A DNA stretch of 39,301 nucleotides from a virus. Every line of letters starts with the position of its first letter. The stretch's first letter is position 1. Of the stretch, positions 9,339-17,844 are shown one piece after another. The position numbers and the translations under genes were made by a program. Location of the stretch: the IMG/VR virus record IMGVR_UViG_3300037163_000032, positions 1-39,301 of that record; one strand, written 5' to 3'. Below the pieces are notes generated by a model. That model did no database searches and was not told the origin of the DNA. It worked only from the letters and a program-made list of their open reading frames with translations.

Positions 9339-9769
9339 TTTGTTGATTGGTTGGTTGGTTTCAGGACTTGGTCGGCGGTGTGGTCGCGATTCCAATAGGA
9401 GCCGCCAAACATGCGCACGTTGTAATAGATGACCTTTCGCGTGAACCAACTCACTCCGCAGACTTCCATTGCTTCGAGAAGCACCGCGTCCGCCTGAGCG
9501 CGAGTGCAGGGCTGGAATGTATAGAGCCAGTCATGCACCAATGCGGCATTGGTGTATTTTCCGAAAGGTGGGTAGATGCTCCAAAGAAATCTCGGGATGC
9601 TGGCCAGGTCGGTCTGAAATCCGGCGAGCACGGTCACTAAGCATGCCAGCACGTCCGAATAGAATCCGAGTTTATCCACAACCGTCCACGTCTTGCCGTC
9701 CGAGTTATTTGACAACACGTTCGTTCCATTGAATACTGGAATACCGCAGATTGTGAATTGCTTTTTCAT
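9335..9769 (-). CDS. DUF1353-family protein (144 aa)
   Basis: Family hallmarks are present: GFQTDLASIPRFLW, then AALVHDWLY, then RAQADAVLLEAM, then YYNVRMFGG. Confidence 0.75.
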   Translation of the reverse strand: MKKQFTICGIPVFNGTNVLSNNSDGKTWTVVDKLGFYSDVLACLVTVLAGFQTDLASIPRFLWSIYPPFGKYTNAALVHDWLYTFQPCTRAQADAVLLEAMEVCGVSWFTRKVIYYNVRMFGGSYWNRDHTADQVLKPTNQSTK

Positions 9770-10524
9770 GTCGCCTTCACCACATCGAGATCGGTCAGCA
9801 ACTTGTTCAAATCGAAACCGTTTGGAGCGTTAAATTCTTTCGCAGACCAGTCATACGATAACGCCGCCCAGGCTTCGTCACCGTATTTCTGCCACCACTC
9901 ATTTGTCAAATACTGAAGGCGCCCCCAGGTGACGCACCAGAAACCATTTGCGTCGTAACCAACAATCGGAACCGCATGCCCTCCCAACACGCCGGCACCG
10001 AACCAAGGATTGGTTTGGTTCCATGTTTTGCGAGCGTTGAACTCATCCATTGCGCGCTGCGTAAGGGTGACGCCAGCGAACACGGCGCCGAACAGATAGA
10101 TTGCCGCGCGCATGTGTTGCAACTCGGCGGTGTCAACTGACACGAATGCGGATATGGGCCTTCCGGCGATTCCGGTTGACTGCCAGTATTTGAGCAAATC
10201 GAGTTCGTTGTAGCCAACGTCGGTTGAAGGACGGGCCGGGTCGTAACCAGCCAACTGGCTGTAAAGTGACAACACCTCATCATCGGTTGGATTGAGGTCT
10301 ATTCCGTGCTCCTTGCGCCATTCCATCAGCATGTGGAACGCAGTCACAAAAACGCAATCCCCGGCTTTGTCATTGCCCAGCATGAGCCAGTCTTTGATTC
10401 CGTTTCCCCACCGTGCGGAGAGAGGAATCGCGGGCATAGCATCGGCCTTGAGATACCGCGCTAACTTTAGAGTGCGCGGGTCGTGGCGCGATGCGAGCCT
10501 GCCGAGTTTTAGAGTTTGACTCAT
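9766..10524 (-). CDS. Papain-like (C1-type) cysteine peptidase (252 aa)
   Basis: There is a nucleophile-like motif (NDKAGDCVFVTAFH). There is also a His/Asn-Trp block typical of papain-fold enzymes (GGHAVPIVGYDANGFWCVTWG). Confidence 0.6.
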   Translation of the reverse strand: MSQTLKLGRLASRHDPRTLKLARYLKADAMPAIPLSARWGNGIKDWLMLGNDKAGDCVFVTAFHMLMEWRKEHGIDLNPTDDEVLSLYSQLAGYDPARPSTDVGYNELDLLKYWQSTGIAGRPISAFVSVDTAELQHMRAAIYLFGAVFAGVTLTQRAMDEFNARKTWNQTNPWFGAGVLGGHAVPIVGYDANGFWCVTWGRLQYLTNEWWQKYGDEAWAALSYDWSAKEFNAPNGFDLNKLLTDLDVVKAT

Positions 10525-10527
10525 AAT

Positions 10528-10710
10528 TTATTCTCCGCAATGCTCGCAGTTTCGCCCGGTGTCCGGGCAGTCAACACATTGACAACCGGGATGGACTTGA
10601 CCATCCGGTCCGGTGATCTCCCTTGCCGAAACGCGCAGGCAAGCCCAGACAACGAATGATGCGGCTAAAACCATCGACGATATACAAACAACGATCAAAG
10701 TCATAGGCAC
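10528..10710 (-). CDS. Small TM protein with a Cys-rich tail (60 aa)
   Basis: N-terminal TM segment (LIVVCISSMVLAASFVVWACL) followed by CQCVDCPDTGRNCEHCGE. Confidence 0.5.
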   Translation of the reverse strand: MPMTLIVVCISSMVLAASFVVWACLRVSAREITGPDGQVHPGCQCVDCPDTGRNCEHCGE

Positions 10711-10711
10711 C

Positions 10712-10963
10712 TCACTTTTGCGACGCGTTCATCACCTTGGTGATCGCCTCTCCGGCGGCGGAGATGGAGTTTGAATCTGAGCCGGACGATCCGCATGTCA
10801 TGGAGGCGCTGTTGGAGCCGTTTTGTATAGTGACAGTCCATGCGGTGGACTGCCAAAACAGTCTGGCGTTCTTGATCTCAGTCCCGTCAGGAGACTTAAA
10901 CGTTGTCGTGTTGCACGCGCACAAAAGCGCGACGGCACAGGCGGAGAGTAGGATTTTTTTCAT
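10712..10963 (-). CDS. Putative lipoprotein (83 aa from ATG 10963)
   Basis: MKKILLSACAVALLCACNTT has a basic N-region, a hydrophobic core and a Cys-containing lipobox-like end. The longer track ORF (to 11017) would read through the terminator hairpin. Confidence 0.55.
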   Translation of the reverse strand: MKKILLSACAVALLCACNTTTFKSPDGTEIKNARLFWQSTAWTVTIQNGSNSASMTCGSSGSDSNSISAAGEAITKVMNASQK

Positions 10964-10964
10964 A

Positions 10965-11010
10965 TCAAATAAAACAGCGGGCACCCGCAATCGCTCACAG
11001 ATGCCCGCTG
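10965..11010 (-). terminator. Intrinsic terminator after the capsid gene pair
   Basis: The minus-strand RNA reads CAGCGGGCA-N18-UGCCCGCUG (9-bp GC-rich stem at 10975-10983 / 11002-11010), followed by UUUUAUUU. It lies 22 nt after the stop at 11032. Confidence 0.6.
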
Positions 11011-11031
11011 AACACACATACGGTTGAAGGT

Positions 11032-11445
11032 TTAGACTCGGACGGTCGGGGTCGCGTTGATGGCTGCGGCGGTGGTTGTGTTCGCGCCCAAGGTCACGTA
11101 GGCACGCCAGTATTGATAATCCAACTCCGGGCGAATCGACAGCGATTGAGCCGCGACGCCAGCGCCGTTGGCTGCTGTGAATATACGGTAGCCACCGTCA
11201 ACAACGCCTGTTGCGAACGTGGAATCGTTGCTGGCCTCGAAACCAAGAGTGACAGTCTTGGTGTCGGGGATGATGGTCGCGGAGAGGGCAGGGAAACTGA
11301 CCTCCAATTCGAGGGCCTCAGGGATCGGTGGGGCCCCGAGATCGATAGCAGAGGACGTGGTTTTGGCGGAGGCGGCGGCAGGCAAGGCGAACGGCACTAC
11401 GGTCGTGGCCCAGTCTTGAAGCTGACGGTGATAATTCCAGGACAT
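11032..11445 (-). CDS. Hypothetical head-associated protein (137 aa), a possible decoration protein
   Basis: It lies immediately downstream of the major capsid gene and upstream of a terminator. It is Ala/Thr-rich and beta-type. Confidence 0.4.
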   Translation of the reverse strand: MSWNYHRQLQDWATTVVPFALPAAASAKTTSSAIDLGAPPIPEALELEVSFPALSATIIPDTKTVTLGFEASNDSTFATGVVDGGYRIFTAANGAGVAAQSLSIRPELDYQYWRAYVTLGANTTTAAAINATPTVRV

Positions 11446-11478
11446 AGTATACGAATTCTTTCTTGGTTCGATTGTTGT

Positions 11479-12549
11479 TTACGAGCGCAAACCGGTTGCG
11501 GCGTCGGTAGTGATCGTCTCCGTGCTGACCAGCGAGTCAGTCACGATAAGCGGGATGCCGTTCGATTCGGACGGGATCGGACCAACAAGCGGCGAGCCTT
11601 GGGGATTCGGAACTGTCACATTCGGGCCAGAGCCGCTCGCTAGAGCAGCGCCGCCGACGGTTTGGTTCTGGATGCTGACCGGAGTTCTGGACACTTGCAA
11701 CAGGTACCGAGCGTCGCGGTTGGCGAATATCTTGAGTCCACCGGAGTTGGTGAACTGCAGCGGGAAGAGGCTGATTGCTTGCGAAATCAAGCGGTCTGTC
11801 AACGGATGTGTCGCGTCGATCCCGATGATGCGGACAACGCATTTCGGATGATTCGCGGCCAGGCCGATGTAACCGTTCATGCCTTGGGTATACGCCGTGG
11901 TGTGATATACAGTCGTGACACCGCCGACTGTTTCGGAAGTCTCGACTTGCCGGAGGTCCCACGCAGGAAGAGCCATGCCAAGCCCGCGATTGTTGCCCCA
12001 TACGAAATGCACGCCTTGGACGTTCTCCCAGATGAGATAAGCCGAGGATGACGCGCCGGATGCGCCGCCAGCGTCAAGAACAAAAGTCGGGTCAACGAAG
12101 TCCCGTAAACCCTGGAAGCCGTTGACGTCGTTGTTGCGGCCATACCAGACTTGAGAGCCGATGGTGATTAGAGCCGCTCGCATGGCCGCCACCAATTCAT
12201 CGGCCAGGATGCTGCCAACGCTTACGGGCGATCCGTCCGCATTCGCTGTGCCCTCAGCCTCAGCGTCAACGATAGGCTTGGGGATGCGCAACTGAGTTTC
12301 GAGGAAAGCGCAAGTGTTGATCTTCTGAGTGTATTGACTGGCAATCAACGGAGTTCCTCGACCCGGAATTGCGAAGCCAACGACGGGCAAAACGCGCTGC
12401 GTTGTCTTATACGACGTGCCGATAATCGGACGCCCGGAGATGTTGTTGAGCTCCGCAGGCAGAGTGGTTGTCAATTCTACAACTCCTACGCTCTGGTCAG
12501 AACCGGTGCGGGCGGTGACACCCGCCAATGTGATCATTTTGTCGGACAT
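11479..12549 (-). CDS. Major capsid protein (356 aa)
   Basis: Its size and its place directly after the scaffold gene fit a lambda-order head module (portal, S49 protease, scaffold, capsid). Confidence 0.75.
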   Translation of the reverse strand: MSDKMITLAGVTARTGSDQSVGVVELTTTLPAELNNISGRPIIGTSYKTTQRVLPVVGFAIPGRGTPLIASQYTQKINTCAFLETQLRIPKPIVDAEAEGTANADGSPVSVGSILADELVAAMRAALITIGSQVWYGRNNDVNGFQGLRDFVDPTFVLDAGGASGASSSAYLIWENVQGVHFVWGNNRGLGMALPAWDLRQVETSETVGGVTTVYHTTAYTQGMNGYIGLAANHPKCVVRIIGIDATHPLTDRLISQAISLFPLQFTNSGGLKIFANRDARYLLQVSRTPVSIQNQTVGGAALASGSGPNVTVPNPQGSPLVGPIPSESNGIPLIVTDSLVSTETITTDAATGLRS

Positions 12550-12555
12550 AGATTT

Positions 12556-13014
12556 TTAGTTGTTTTTGAATTTTGCGCTGAGTTCGGCATCGATGGCTGC
12601 TGCCACGCGGTCAATGCCTTTGAGTCCGGCGGCTTTGTTGGGTTTTCCGGTGGCCAGAGTTGGTTCGGAAATGAGTTCGGCAACGACGGGGGGCACCCCG
12701 GCGGCGGCGGCAATGTCAACAGCTTTCTTGGCTGCTTCAATTTGCACTTTGCCCTTGGGGTCGGCAATTGTCGCCCGGGCTTGCGCGAGTTGGTTTTTGG
12801 CGATTTCAAGCTCCACTTTCGCGCTGGACAATTCGGATTTGACTTGCTCAAGACTGGCTATCGTGTTCTTGACATCTGTCTTGGCCGCGCTGAGTTCGGA
12901 TTGCTGGGCGTCGGCGGTCTTCGTGACGGTCTCAAGATTTGCCTTGGCCGTCGCAAGCTCTGCCTCAAGCTCGCCGATGCGTTTATTGGCTTCGCCAATT
13001 CTGAAAAAGTTCAT
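12556..13014 (-). CDS. Head scaffolding protein (152 aa)
   Basis: Almost entirely coiled-coil A/E/K/L sequence (GELEAELATAKANLETVTKTADAQQSELSAAKTDVK...), located just upstream of the capsid gene. Confidence 0.7.
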   Translation of the reverse strand: MNFFRIGEANKRIGELEAELATAKANLETVTKTADAQQSELSAAKTDVKNTIASLEQVKSELSSAKVELEIAKNQLAQARATIADPKGKVQIEAAKKAVDIAAAAGVPPVVAELISEPTLATGKPNKAAGLKGIDRVAAAIDAELSAKFKNN

Positions 13015-13032
13015 ATTGTTTATTGACTGGTT

Positions 13033-13515
13033 TTACGGAGCGTTTTCGTACCAAATTTGGAACGGCACCGCGTTGGTTTGGGTTGTGGAAACTTGATCAA
13101 GTCGAAGGCCCCAGTAATTCGCAAGCTGGGCGGCTGTTAGGCTATACGAAACAACGGTTGTAACATTGCTGCCGCCCAGGGTGTTGGTCATGGTCAATGG
13201 GAGCGTGGTAGTGGACAGAGACCCGGCGCGAACGGAGGAAACGAAATTGAAAGACGCAATCAGGCTTCCCGTTCCGTTGTTCGTTGGGGTCGCCTTGAGA
13301 TAGACCACCATACCACCTCCTTGGGGTATGGTCAGCACTTGGCTTGCCACGGGCGCTAAGTTGGTCACTGTAGCGGCAGGGCTAACCGTGTTGGTGAATA
13401 GAGTCAACTGGCCTCCGCCAGCGAAAGCTGAATTTGCAGCAAGTAAAGCTGCGGCTGCGATTCCAAAAAAAAGATGTTTCATAAAATGTCTCGTCAAGTG
13501 TTTGAATTTCATCAC
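13033..13515 (-). CDS. Signal-peptide-bearing beta-rich protein of unknown function (160 aa; alternative start at ATG 13482)
   Basis: MKHLFFGIAAAALLAANSAFA-GGGQ is a textbook Sec signal with an AxA site. The mature part is Thr/Ser/Val-rich. Confidence 0.6.
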   Translation of the reverse strand: MMKFKHLTRHFMKHLFFGIAAAALLAANSAFAGGGQLTLFTNTVSPAATVTNLAPVASQVLTIPQGGGMVVYLKATPTNNGTGSLIASFNFVSSVRAGSLSTTTLPLTMTNTLGGSNVTTVVSYSLTAAQLANYWGLRLDQVSTTQTNAVPFQIWYENAP

Positions 13516-14382
13516 CTATTTTGCGGAAGCCCGGAATGACATCGGGATGCTTGACGCCTCTTCGACTGCCTCTTCCATCGTGTCAATCGTTCCATCGGTT
13601 AGGCTAAGCTCCTGTGCGTGGACACCGGTAAACGATTGGCCTTCCAACGCATCGGCAATAGGGGTCCGCTTCGCGGAGCATGCTTTGACAAATTCCGCTT
13701 TGATTTCGTCCACCTCGGCTTGAATCATCGCCCGCTCTTCGTCTGTCATAGATTTGAACGGGGCACCGGTGAGCTTGTATTTGCCAGCGCTGATTGCGTT
13801 GACTTTGACCCCGGCGGTCTTTAGCGCCTCAGTTTGATCGGTGTAGATCGCGTAGCACCCGACGTTGCCGACGTATGCGCTTGGGGCCGCCCATAGGATG
13901 TCACACTGGCTGGCCAGCCTGTAGGCTGCGGAGCAACATTGCTTGTCAACGTATCCAACGGTCGGCTTGGCGCAGTTGGCTATCATGTCGCCGCATTCGA
14001 GCATGCCCACGACTTCACCCCCTGGGGAACGGAAGTCAAAAAACAACACCTCGACATTGCCGTCGGCCTCGGCAAGTTCAATGGCTTCCATGATGTCAAC
14101 GTAATCGCAGCCGCCTAAGCAGGCTTTCTCGAACGAGTCAAGATGTTTGCCAAGAGCGCCATGCACGGGGATGATGGCGACGTTGCCGAATGTCCCTCCG
14201 CTCTCCTGCATTTGATCCGCGTCGTTGTCGGTCTTACCTGGTGCGTTTTCGTCCTCTATGAGGATGGCCCTCGGTTCGCCGTTCATGCGGGCCACGAGCA
14301 CGCGGGCGGCGCGCTCGGCGTATCCGATGTCAATGGCCAGCGGGCGGTTGAATAGCCGTGCGGCAATGTGTTGGTATTTCAT
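13516..14382 (-). CDS. Prohead protease, S49 (SppA/ClpP-fold, lambda gpC-like) family (288 aa)
   Basis: Motifs FDFRSPGGEVVG and CCSAAYRLASQCD...PSAYVGNVG are present. It is ATGA-coupled to the portal gene, as in lambda B-C. Confidence 0.85.
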   Translation of the reverse strand: MKYQHIAARLFNRPLAIDIGYAERAARVLVARMNGEPRAILIEDENAPGKTDNDADQMQESGGTFGNVAIIPVHGALGKHLDSFEKACLGGCDYVDIMEAIELAEADGNVEVLFFDFRSPGGEVVGMLECGDMIANCAKPTVGYVDKQCCSAAYRLASQCDILWAAPSAYVGNVGCYAIYTDQTEALKTAGVKVNAISAGKYKLTGAPFKSMTDEERAMIQAEVDEIKAEFVKACSAKRTPIADALEGQSFTGVHAQELSLTDGTIDTMEEAVEEASSIPMSFRASAK

Positions 14383-16166
14383 TCTGATTCCTTGTCAAAA
14401 TCGTCTTCTTCATCTGGTTCTTTTTCTTGAGTTGTACTTGAGCTTGATCCTTTTTCTCCCATCGTTCCATTTGGATTTTGCAACTCGATATTTGAACTGT
14501 CAGCATGTCCAAATATATTTGTGATGCTGCCCATTGGCTTCTGTAGCATACCCAATGCAATGGTTATCGAAATGTTATATTTTGTTGCTAGCAGAGCCGC
14601 GTCTTGCAACAGCTTGTCCGCACAATCAATTCTACTCTTTCGGACGTGCTCCGGTATGCCGCCGTTGCGTGAAATCACGATCTCGGGAGTTGTGATTCCG
14701 TTTTCTATTTCGCGGATGTCAACATCAGAATCGTACTTTGCGTCGGCGGTAATGCGCCGCTGGCTCTGATAGGTCCACGCTGGCCAGCTCTCGTCAAATG
14801 AAACGTCGCCGCGCTTGATGAACTTGGGGACGCGCCAGCCGTCCACTCGGGTCTGCCAAGGTACCAAAATCAACTCATGCCACTTGGACACCTCTTGATT
14901 GATCCTGGCCACAATAACGCGCATCGCGGCGCCGCTCTTCTTCGCGTCCAAAAAGTAATCAACCGACTGCCCCATTGACGCGATAGCCTCGCGCACGATT
15001 TTGTCATCCAAAGCTTGCTGATTTTCGCTTGGGCGGTCGGCAGTTATGGCTTCAATCTTCTGGTTTGTTCCGGCTTTAGTATACCAAATTTGCGCTCCCG
15101 TGATGATCTGCTTTGCTTGATGAACAAGATTGCCTTCGTCGTCTGCGTTTGGAATCGAGTTTTTGTTAGCCGATGTCGTTCGGATAATTGCCCTAGAAGG
15201 GTCCACAGTGCCAGTCTCATTTACAATATTGAATCCCATCGAAGCGGCGAGCTTCTGTATAACACGTTCCAGGTCGCGCCCCTCATGCACGTCCTGCATG
15301 GGCCACATGAGCGAAGTCAAGATCGGGAAGCCGCGAACTTGCCCGTCAAATTGTGGAATGAATGACGGGAACATATCGCGGGAAGAGATGTCTCGGTAGT
15401 TGCTAAGGTCGGCCTGATTTTCCGAGTAAACCCGGTAAGCGATTGGTCGGCTATACGAATTGACAATCACTCCGTCAATCAAACGCGCAAAGAACTCGAC
15501 GGGCTCAGTGTATGCCGTTCCGTAGCTCTCAGGGTCGGCGCTAATCGCATCTTCAACCAACTTGTCGTCGATAAACATCTGGTTGTTTTCAAGACGCACT
15601 TTGACTGCTATGATACCTGGAACATAGGGTGAGCCGATGCGGTGCGCTGGAATCATTTGAATCTGTGGATAGCCCCCCGATGTCTCCGTAAGTAAAGTGT
15701 ATGTCTCTCCGTCGGTAAGGCAAGCCGAAACGATTGTACGGCGTGCAGTCAAGAAAGTGTATGGCCACCCCTCGACGCGGCCGTACTTGTCATTGGACTT
15801 TAGCAGGGATTCCATTTCATCTCCCCAGGCCGCGTTCGGCCCGGCGTAAAGGCGACGCATGGCAGCGATGTTGCTTGTCAAGTCTTCAATTGCGGCTCTG
15901 AGAATGGGATTATTGATTGCCAGCCAGCGCCCCACCGACATCAGCACCCGGCGTCCGAAGTTGGTGAGGTTGCGATGGAAATCATAGTCCATCATCGGTA
16001 CGTACTGACGCCCGTCTGATTGATTCGCCGCCTGGAAGAGCCGGGAGCCGGTCAGCATCGACGCGGCGGATTGCTGGGAAGGAGAGAGGATGTTGACCGG
16101 CGCTACGCTGGCCATCTTTTGCTGCGACTCCCATTTCGATTCCAGGAATGTCTTCGGGGGTTGCAT
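14379..16166 (-). CDS. Portal protein, lambda-type (595 aa from ATG 16166)
   Basis: About 600 aa ORF between the gpW-like gene and the S49 protease gene, with an acidic C-terminal tail. The ATG at 16166 follows the upstream stop after 1 nt. The track start at 16211 overlaps the upstream gene by 44 nt. Confidence 0.8.
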   Translation of the reverse strand: MQPPKTFLESKWESQQKMASVAPVNILSPSQQSAASMLTGSRLFQAANQSDGRQYVPMMDYDFHRNLTNFGRRVLMSVGRWLAINNPILRAAIEDLTSNIAAMRRLYAGPNAAWGDEMESLLKSNDKYGRVEGWPYTFLTARRTIVSACLTDGETYTLLTETSGGYPQIQMIPAHRIGSPYVPGIIAVKVRLENNQMFIDDKLVEDAISADPESYGTAYTEPVEFFARLIDGVIVNSYSRPIAYRVYSENQADLSNYRDISSRDMFPSFIPQFDGQVRGFPILTSLMWPMQDVHEGRDLERVIQKLAASMGFNIVNETGTVDPSRAIIRTTSANKNSIPNADDEGNLVHQAKQIITGAQIWYTKAGTNQKIEAITADRPSENQQALDDKIVREAIASMGQSVDYFLDAKKSGAAMRVIVARINQEVSKWHELILVPWQTRVDGWRVPKFIKRGDVSFDESWPAWTYQSQRRITADAKYDSDVDIREIENGITTPEIVISRNGGIPEHVRKSRIDCADKLLQDAALLATKYNISITIALGMLQKPMGSITNIFGHADSSNIELQNPNGTMGEKGSSSSTTQEKEPDEEDDFDKESE

Positions 16167-16167
16167 A

Positions 16168-16470
16168 TCAGTATCCCCCCCATCGCGCCCCCTCGGGCAA
16201 ACCAACGACACCTCCGAATCCTACGTTGACAACGGATTGCTCAACCGCCCATTTGTAGGGGTACTTCGTTGGATCGATTACGTATAGCGCGTAATCAACC
16301 CGCTTCAGAGTGAGTTCCGGAGTCGCGGTCGGCTGGTTGCTAGCATGCACGTCTGCCGTGCCTGCCCCTGTCGTGTGCTTGTGCTCGGCGATCTCGAGTT
16401 GCAGCTTGCGGCGCATTGCAAGCAACTCGTTCTCTGTCCAGCCTTGAAAATAATTCGGTAATTGCAGCAT
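16168..16470 (-). CDS. gpW-like head-tail joining / head completion protein (100 aa)
   Basis: Small ORF directly upstream of the portal gene, as in the lambda A-W-B order. Its N-terminal helix (ENELLAMRRKLQLEIAEH) resembles the gpW N-terminus. Confidence 0.45.
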   Translation of the reverse strand: MLQLPNYFQGWTENELLAMRRKLQLEIAEHKHTTGAGTADVHASNQPTATPELTLKRVDYALYVIDPTKYPYKWAVEQSVVNVGFGGVVGLPEGARWGGY

Positions 16471-16493
16471 CTCGAAAAACGCTGCTTCATCAC

Positions 16494-16527
16494 CAAACGA
16501 AAAAACCCGGCTTTATTTTGCCGGGTT
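16494..16527 (-). terminator. Intrinsic terminator closing the moron operon
   Basis: The minus-strand RNA reads AACCCGGC-AAAAUAAA-GCCGGGUU followed by UUUUCGUUU. It lies 24 nt after the HTH gene stop. Confidence 0.8.
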
Positions 16528-16550
16528 GTCAAACTTATTTTACTGCTGAA

Positions 16551-16784
16551 TTATTTTGCGATTGCTTTTTCAACGGCCCGAAGCGTTAGTCCGCGCGGGC
16601 CGGAGGTTCCGGCCTCCCAGTTCTGGTATTGCCGGATTTTCACGCCGAATCGTGCGGCGGCGGCGGTCTGCGTAAGCCCGGCGCGGATGCGCCAAGCGCG
16701 GAGGGATTTTGAAATTTCCATAAAAATTAAAAGCCCGTCGGATGGCGGGCGGTTGGACGTGGATTGTGCGATGGTATCTGTCAA
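16551..16784 (-). CDS. XRE-family helix-turn-helix protein (77 aa; alternative start at ATG 16721)
   Basis: LRAWRIRAGLTQTAAAARFGVKIRQYQNWEAGTSGP matches the classic Cro/C1-type HTH signature. Confidence 0.8.
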   Translation of the reverse strand: MTDTIAQSTSNRPPSDGLLIFMEISKSLRAWRIRAGLTQTAAAARFGVKIRQYQNWEAGTSGPRGLTLRAVEKAIAK

Positions 16785-16888
16785 TAACCGTAATCTTCGG
16801 CGTTTAATTGTTCTGCTTCAAATGCTGCTTTTACAGCATCATTGAATGAATCCTCTCCGCTACCCTGCGAGCCATTCGTTTCAATCCG

Positions 16889-16912
16889 CGCCCCGGCCCG
16901 AAGACCGGGGCG
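16889..16912 (-). other. Very stable RNA hairpin with a UUCG tetraloop
   Basis: The minus-strand RNA reads CGCCCCGGUC-UUCG-GGCCGGGGCG (10 bp including one G-U pair). The G-U becomes a C-A mismatch on the plus strand, so the structure is specific to the minus strand. No U-tract follows it. Confidence 0.6.
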
Positions 16913-16986
16913 ACACTAATTCTTGATGTTTCATTTTGTTGCTTTGTTTGCAAGTCAGGATAAACCTTACACCAGTATTGACTTGG

Positions 16987-17217
16987 TTATGAGTTTGTTA
17001 TTTCGTAGTTCCCATCCATAAACTCTCGAACAAAACACTGGTCGGATTCCGGGAGCATGTCTATTTGATCTTCCGTTATTTCATCATGTCCCACCGGACC
17101 TCCATTACTTTCCATCTTCCCATTGGGAAAGAAAGTCAGACATTCATCTGATCGAAACTCAGGGTTAATTTTAAGGTTTCCATCACAATCAATAAGCGGC
17201 CATTGAATTTTTCTCAT
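16987..17217 (-). CDS. Small acidic hypothetical protein (76 aa from ATG 17217)
   Basis: MRKIQWPLIDCDGNLKINPEF... The track start at 17235 is a GTG inside the 42-bp repeat. The region is A+T-rich. Confidence 0.55.
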   Translation of the reverse strand: MRKIQWPLIDCDGNLKINPEFRSDECLTFFPNGKMESNGGPVGHDEITEDQIDMLPESDQCFVREFMDGNYEITNS

Positions 17218-17230
17218 ATTTTTTACCGGT

Positions 17231-17272
17231 CTCACAGCCGTTCGCCCTGGGGTTCCGCCGGGATCGCGGGTT
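17231..17272 (-). repeat. 42-bp GC-rich start-proximal element, copy A
   Basis: ctcacagccgttcgccctggggttccgccgggatcgcgggtt is identical to 17845-17886. It ends 13 nt upstream of ATG 17217. Confidence 0.9.
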
Positions 17273-17289
17273 CTTTTTTTGCATTTTAG

Positions 17290-17442
17290 TTATTTTTCCT
17301 GAACGACGACCCGATAAGAGAACGGGTGCTTAGGGTCTGTTAGATATTGAGCCTCTTTTTCAGCTTTGGCCTTGCTGTCGAATGAGTACCTGACTTTTTT
17401 GCCATCATTGTTGCGGACAATAGTCCAAATTGTTTTTTTCAT
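17290..17442 (-). CDS. Small basic hypothetical protein (50 aa), below the ORF-track cutoff
   Basis: Hand translation gives MKKTIWTIVRNNDGKKVRYSFDSKAKAEKEAQYLTDPKHPFSYRVVVQEK*. It fills the gap between two moron ORFs. Confidence 0.45.
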   Translation of the reverse strand: MKKTIWTIVRNNDGKKVRYSFDSKAKAEKEAQYLTDPKHPFSYRVVVQEK

Positions 17443-17483
17443 ATTTTGAGTTTTAATGTTGTCATTTTATTTTCCATATTAAA

Positions 17484-17840
17484 TTAAGCTCCGAATTTTG
17501 AATATTTGTTAATGTCCCCCGACCTTTGCACCTCAGCCGTGAAACAGTGGCTCCAAATTCCACCACCTTTTTCTGTGCCATCACCTTTATCAACATCAAC
17601 CATAACCTCGGATTTCTGCATCAGGGATTCAACTTTAGTGAACTCCGGTTGGGTTAGTGCTATACACCCGACTACTCCAACAAACTGTTTTTCCGGGCCG
17701 AAAGCTGGTTTCCGTTCCACCATTCCGGTGGAACATTTTTTAATCCCATCGACCGAAATAAAAGCCGTTCCAGATCGAATTTCAATTTCAACCAGTTTTC
17801 CGGCGAGAGTCGTTTTTGTAAAAATCATATTTTGTTTCAT
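17484..17840 (-). CDS. Small hypothetical protein (118 aa from ATG 17840; alternative in-frame ATG at 17897)
   Basis: MKQNMIFTKTTLAGKLVEIEIRSG... The track start at 17939 lies upstream of the candidate promoter. ATG 17840 lies 4 nt past the 42-bp element (13 nt in copy A). Confidence 0.55.
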   Translation of the reverse strand: MKQNMIFTKTTLAGKLVEIEIRSGTAFISVDGIKKCSTGMVERKPAFGPEKQFVGVVGCIALTQPEFTKVESLMQKSEVMVDVDKGDGTEKGGGIWSHCFTAEVQRSGDINKYSKFGA

Positions 17841-17844
17841 CGGC

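Noticed and set aside
11458-11478. The GGTTCGATTG string could be a tRNA T-loop.
   Set aside because: There is no flanking cloverleaf-compatible sequence. It sits in a 33-bp gap between two coupled structural genes.
16462-16845. The plus-strand 127-aa ORF in the moron region might be a divergently transcribed gene.
   Set aside because: It is antisense to the well-supported HTH gene and reads through the minus-strand terminator. Its product is low-complexity and Arg/Leu-rich.
17231-17272. The 42-bp element could be a tRNA fragment (the ...GGGATCGCGGGTT end resembles a variable loop plus T-stem). It could also be a plus-strand terminator, since copy A is followed by a T-run.
   Set aside because: I could not fit an anticodon arm or acceptor stem. 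Only copy A has the T-run. The best stem is 4 bp. No gene on the plus strand needs terminating there.
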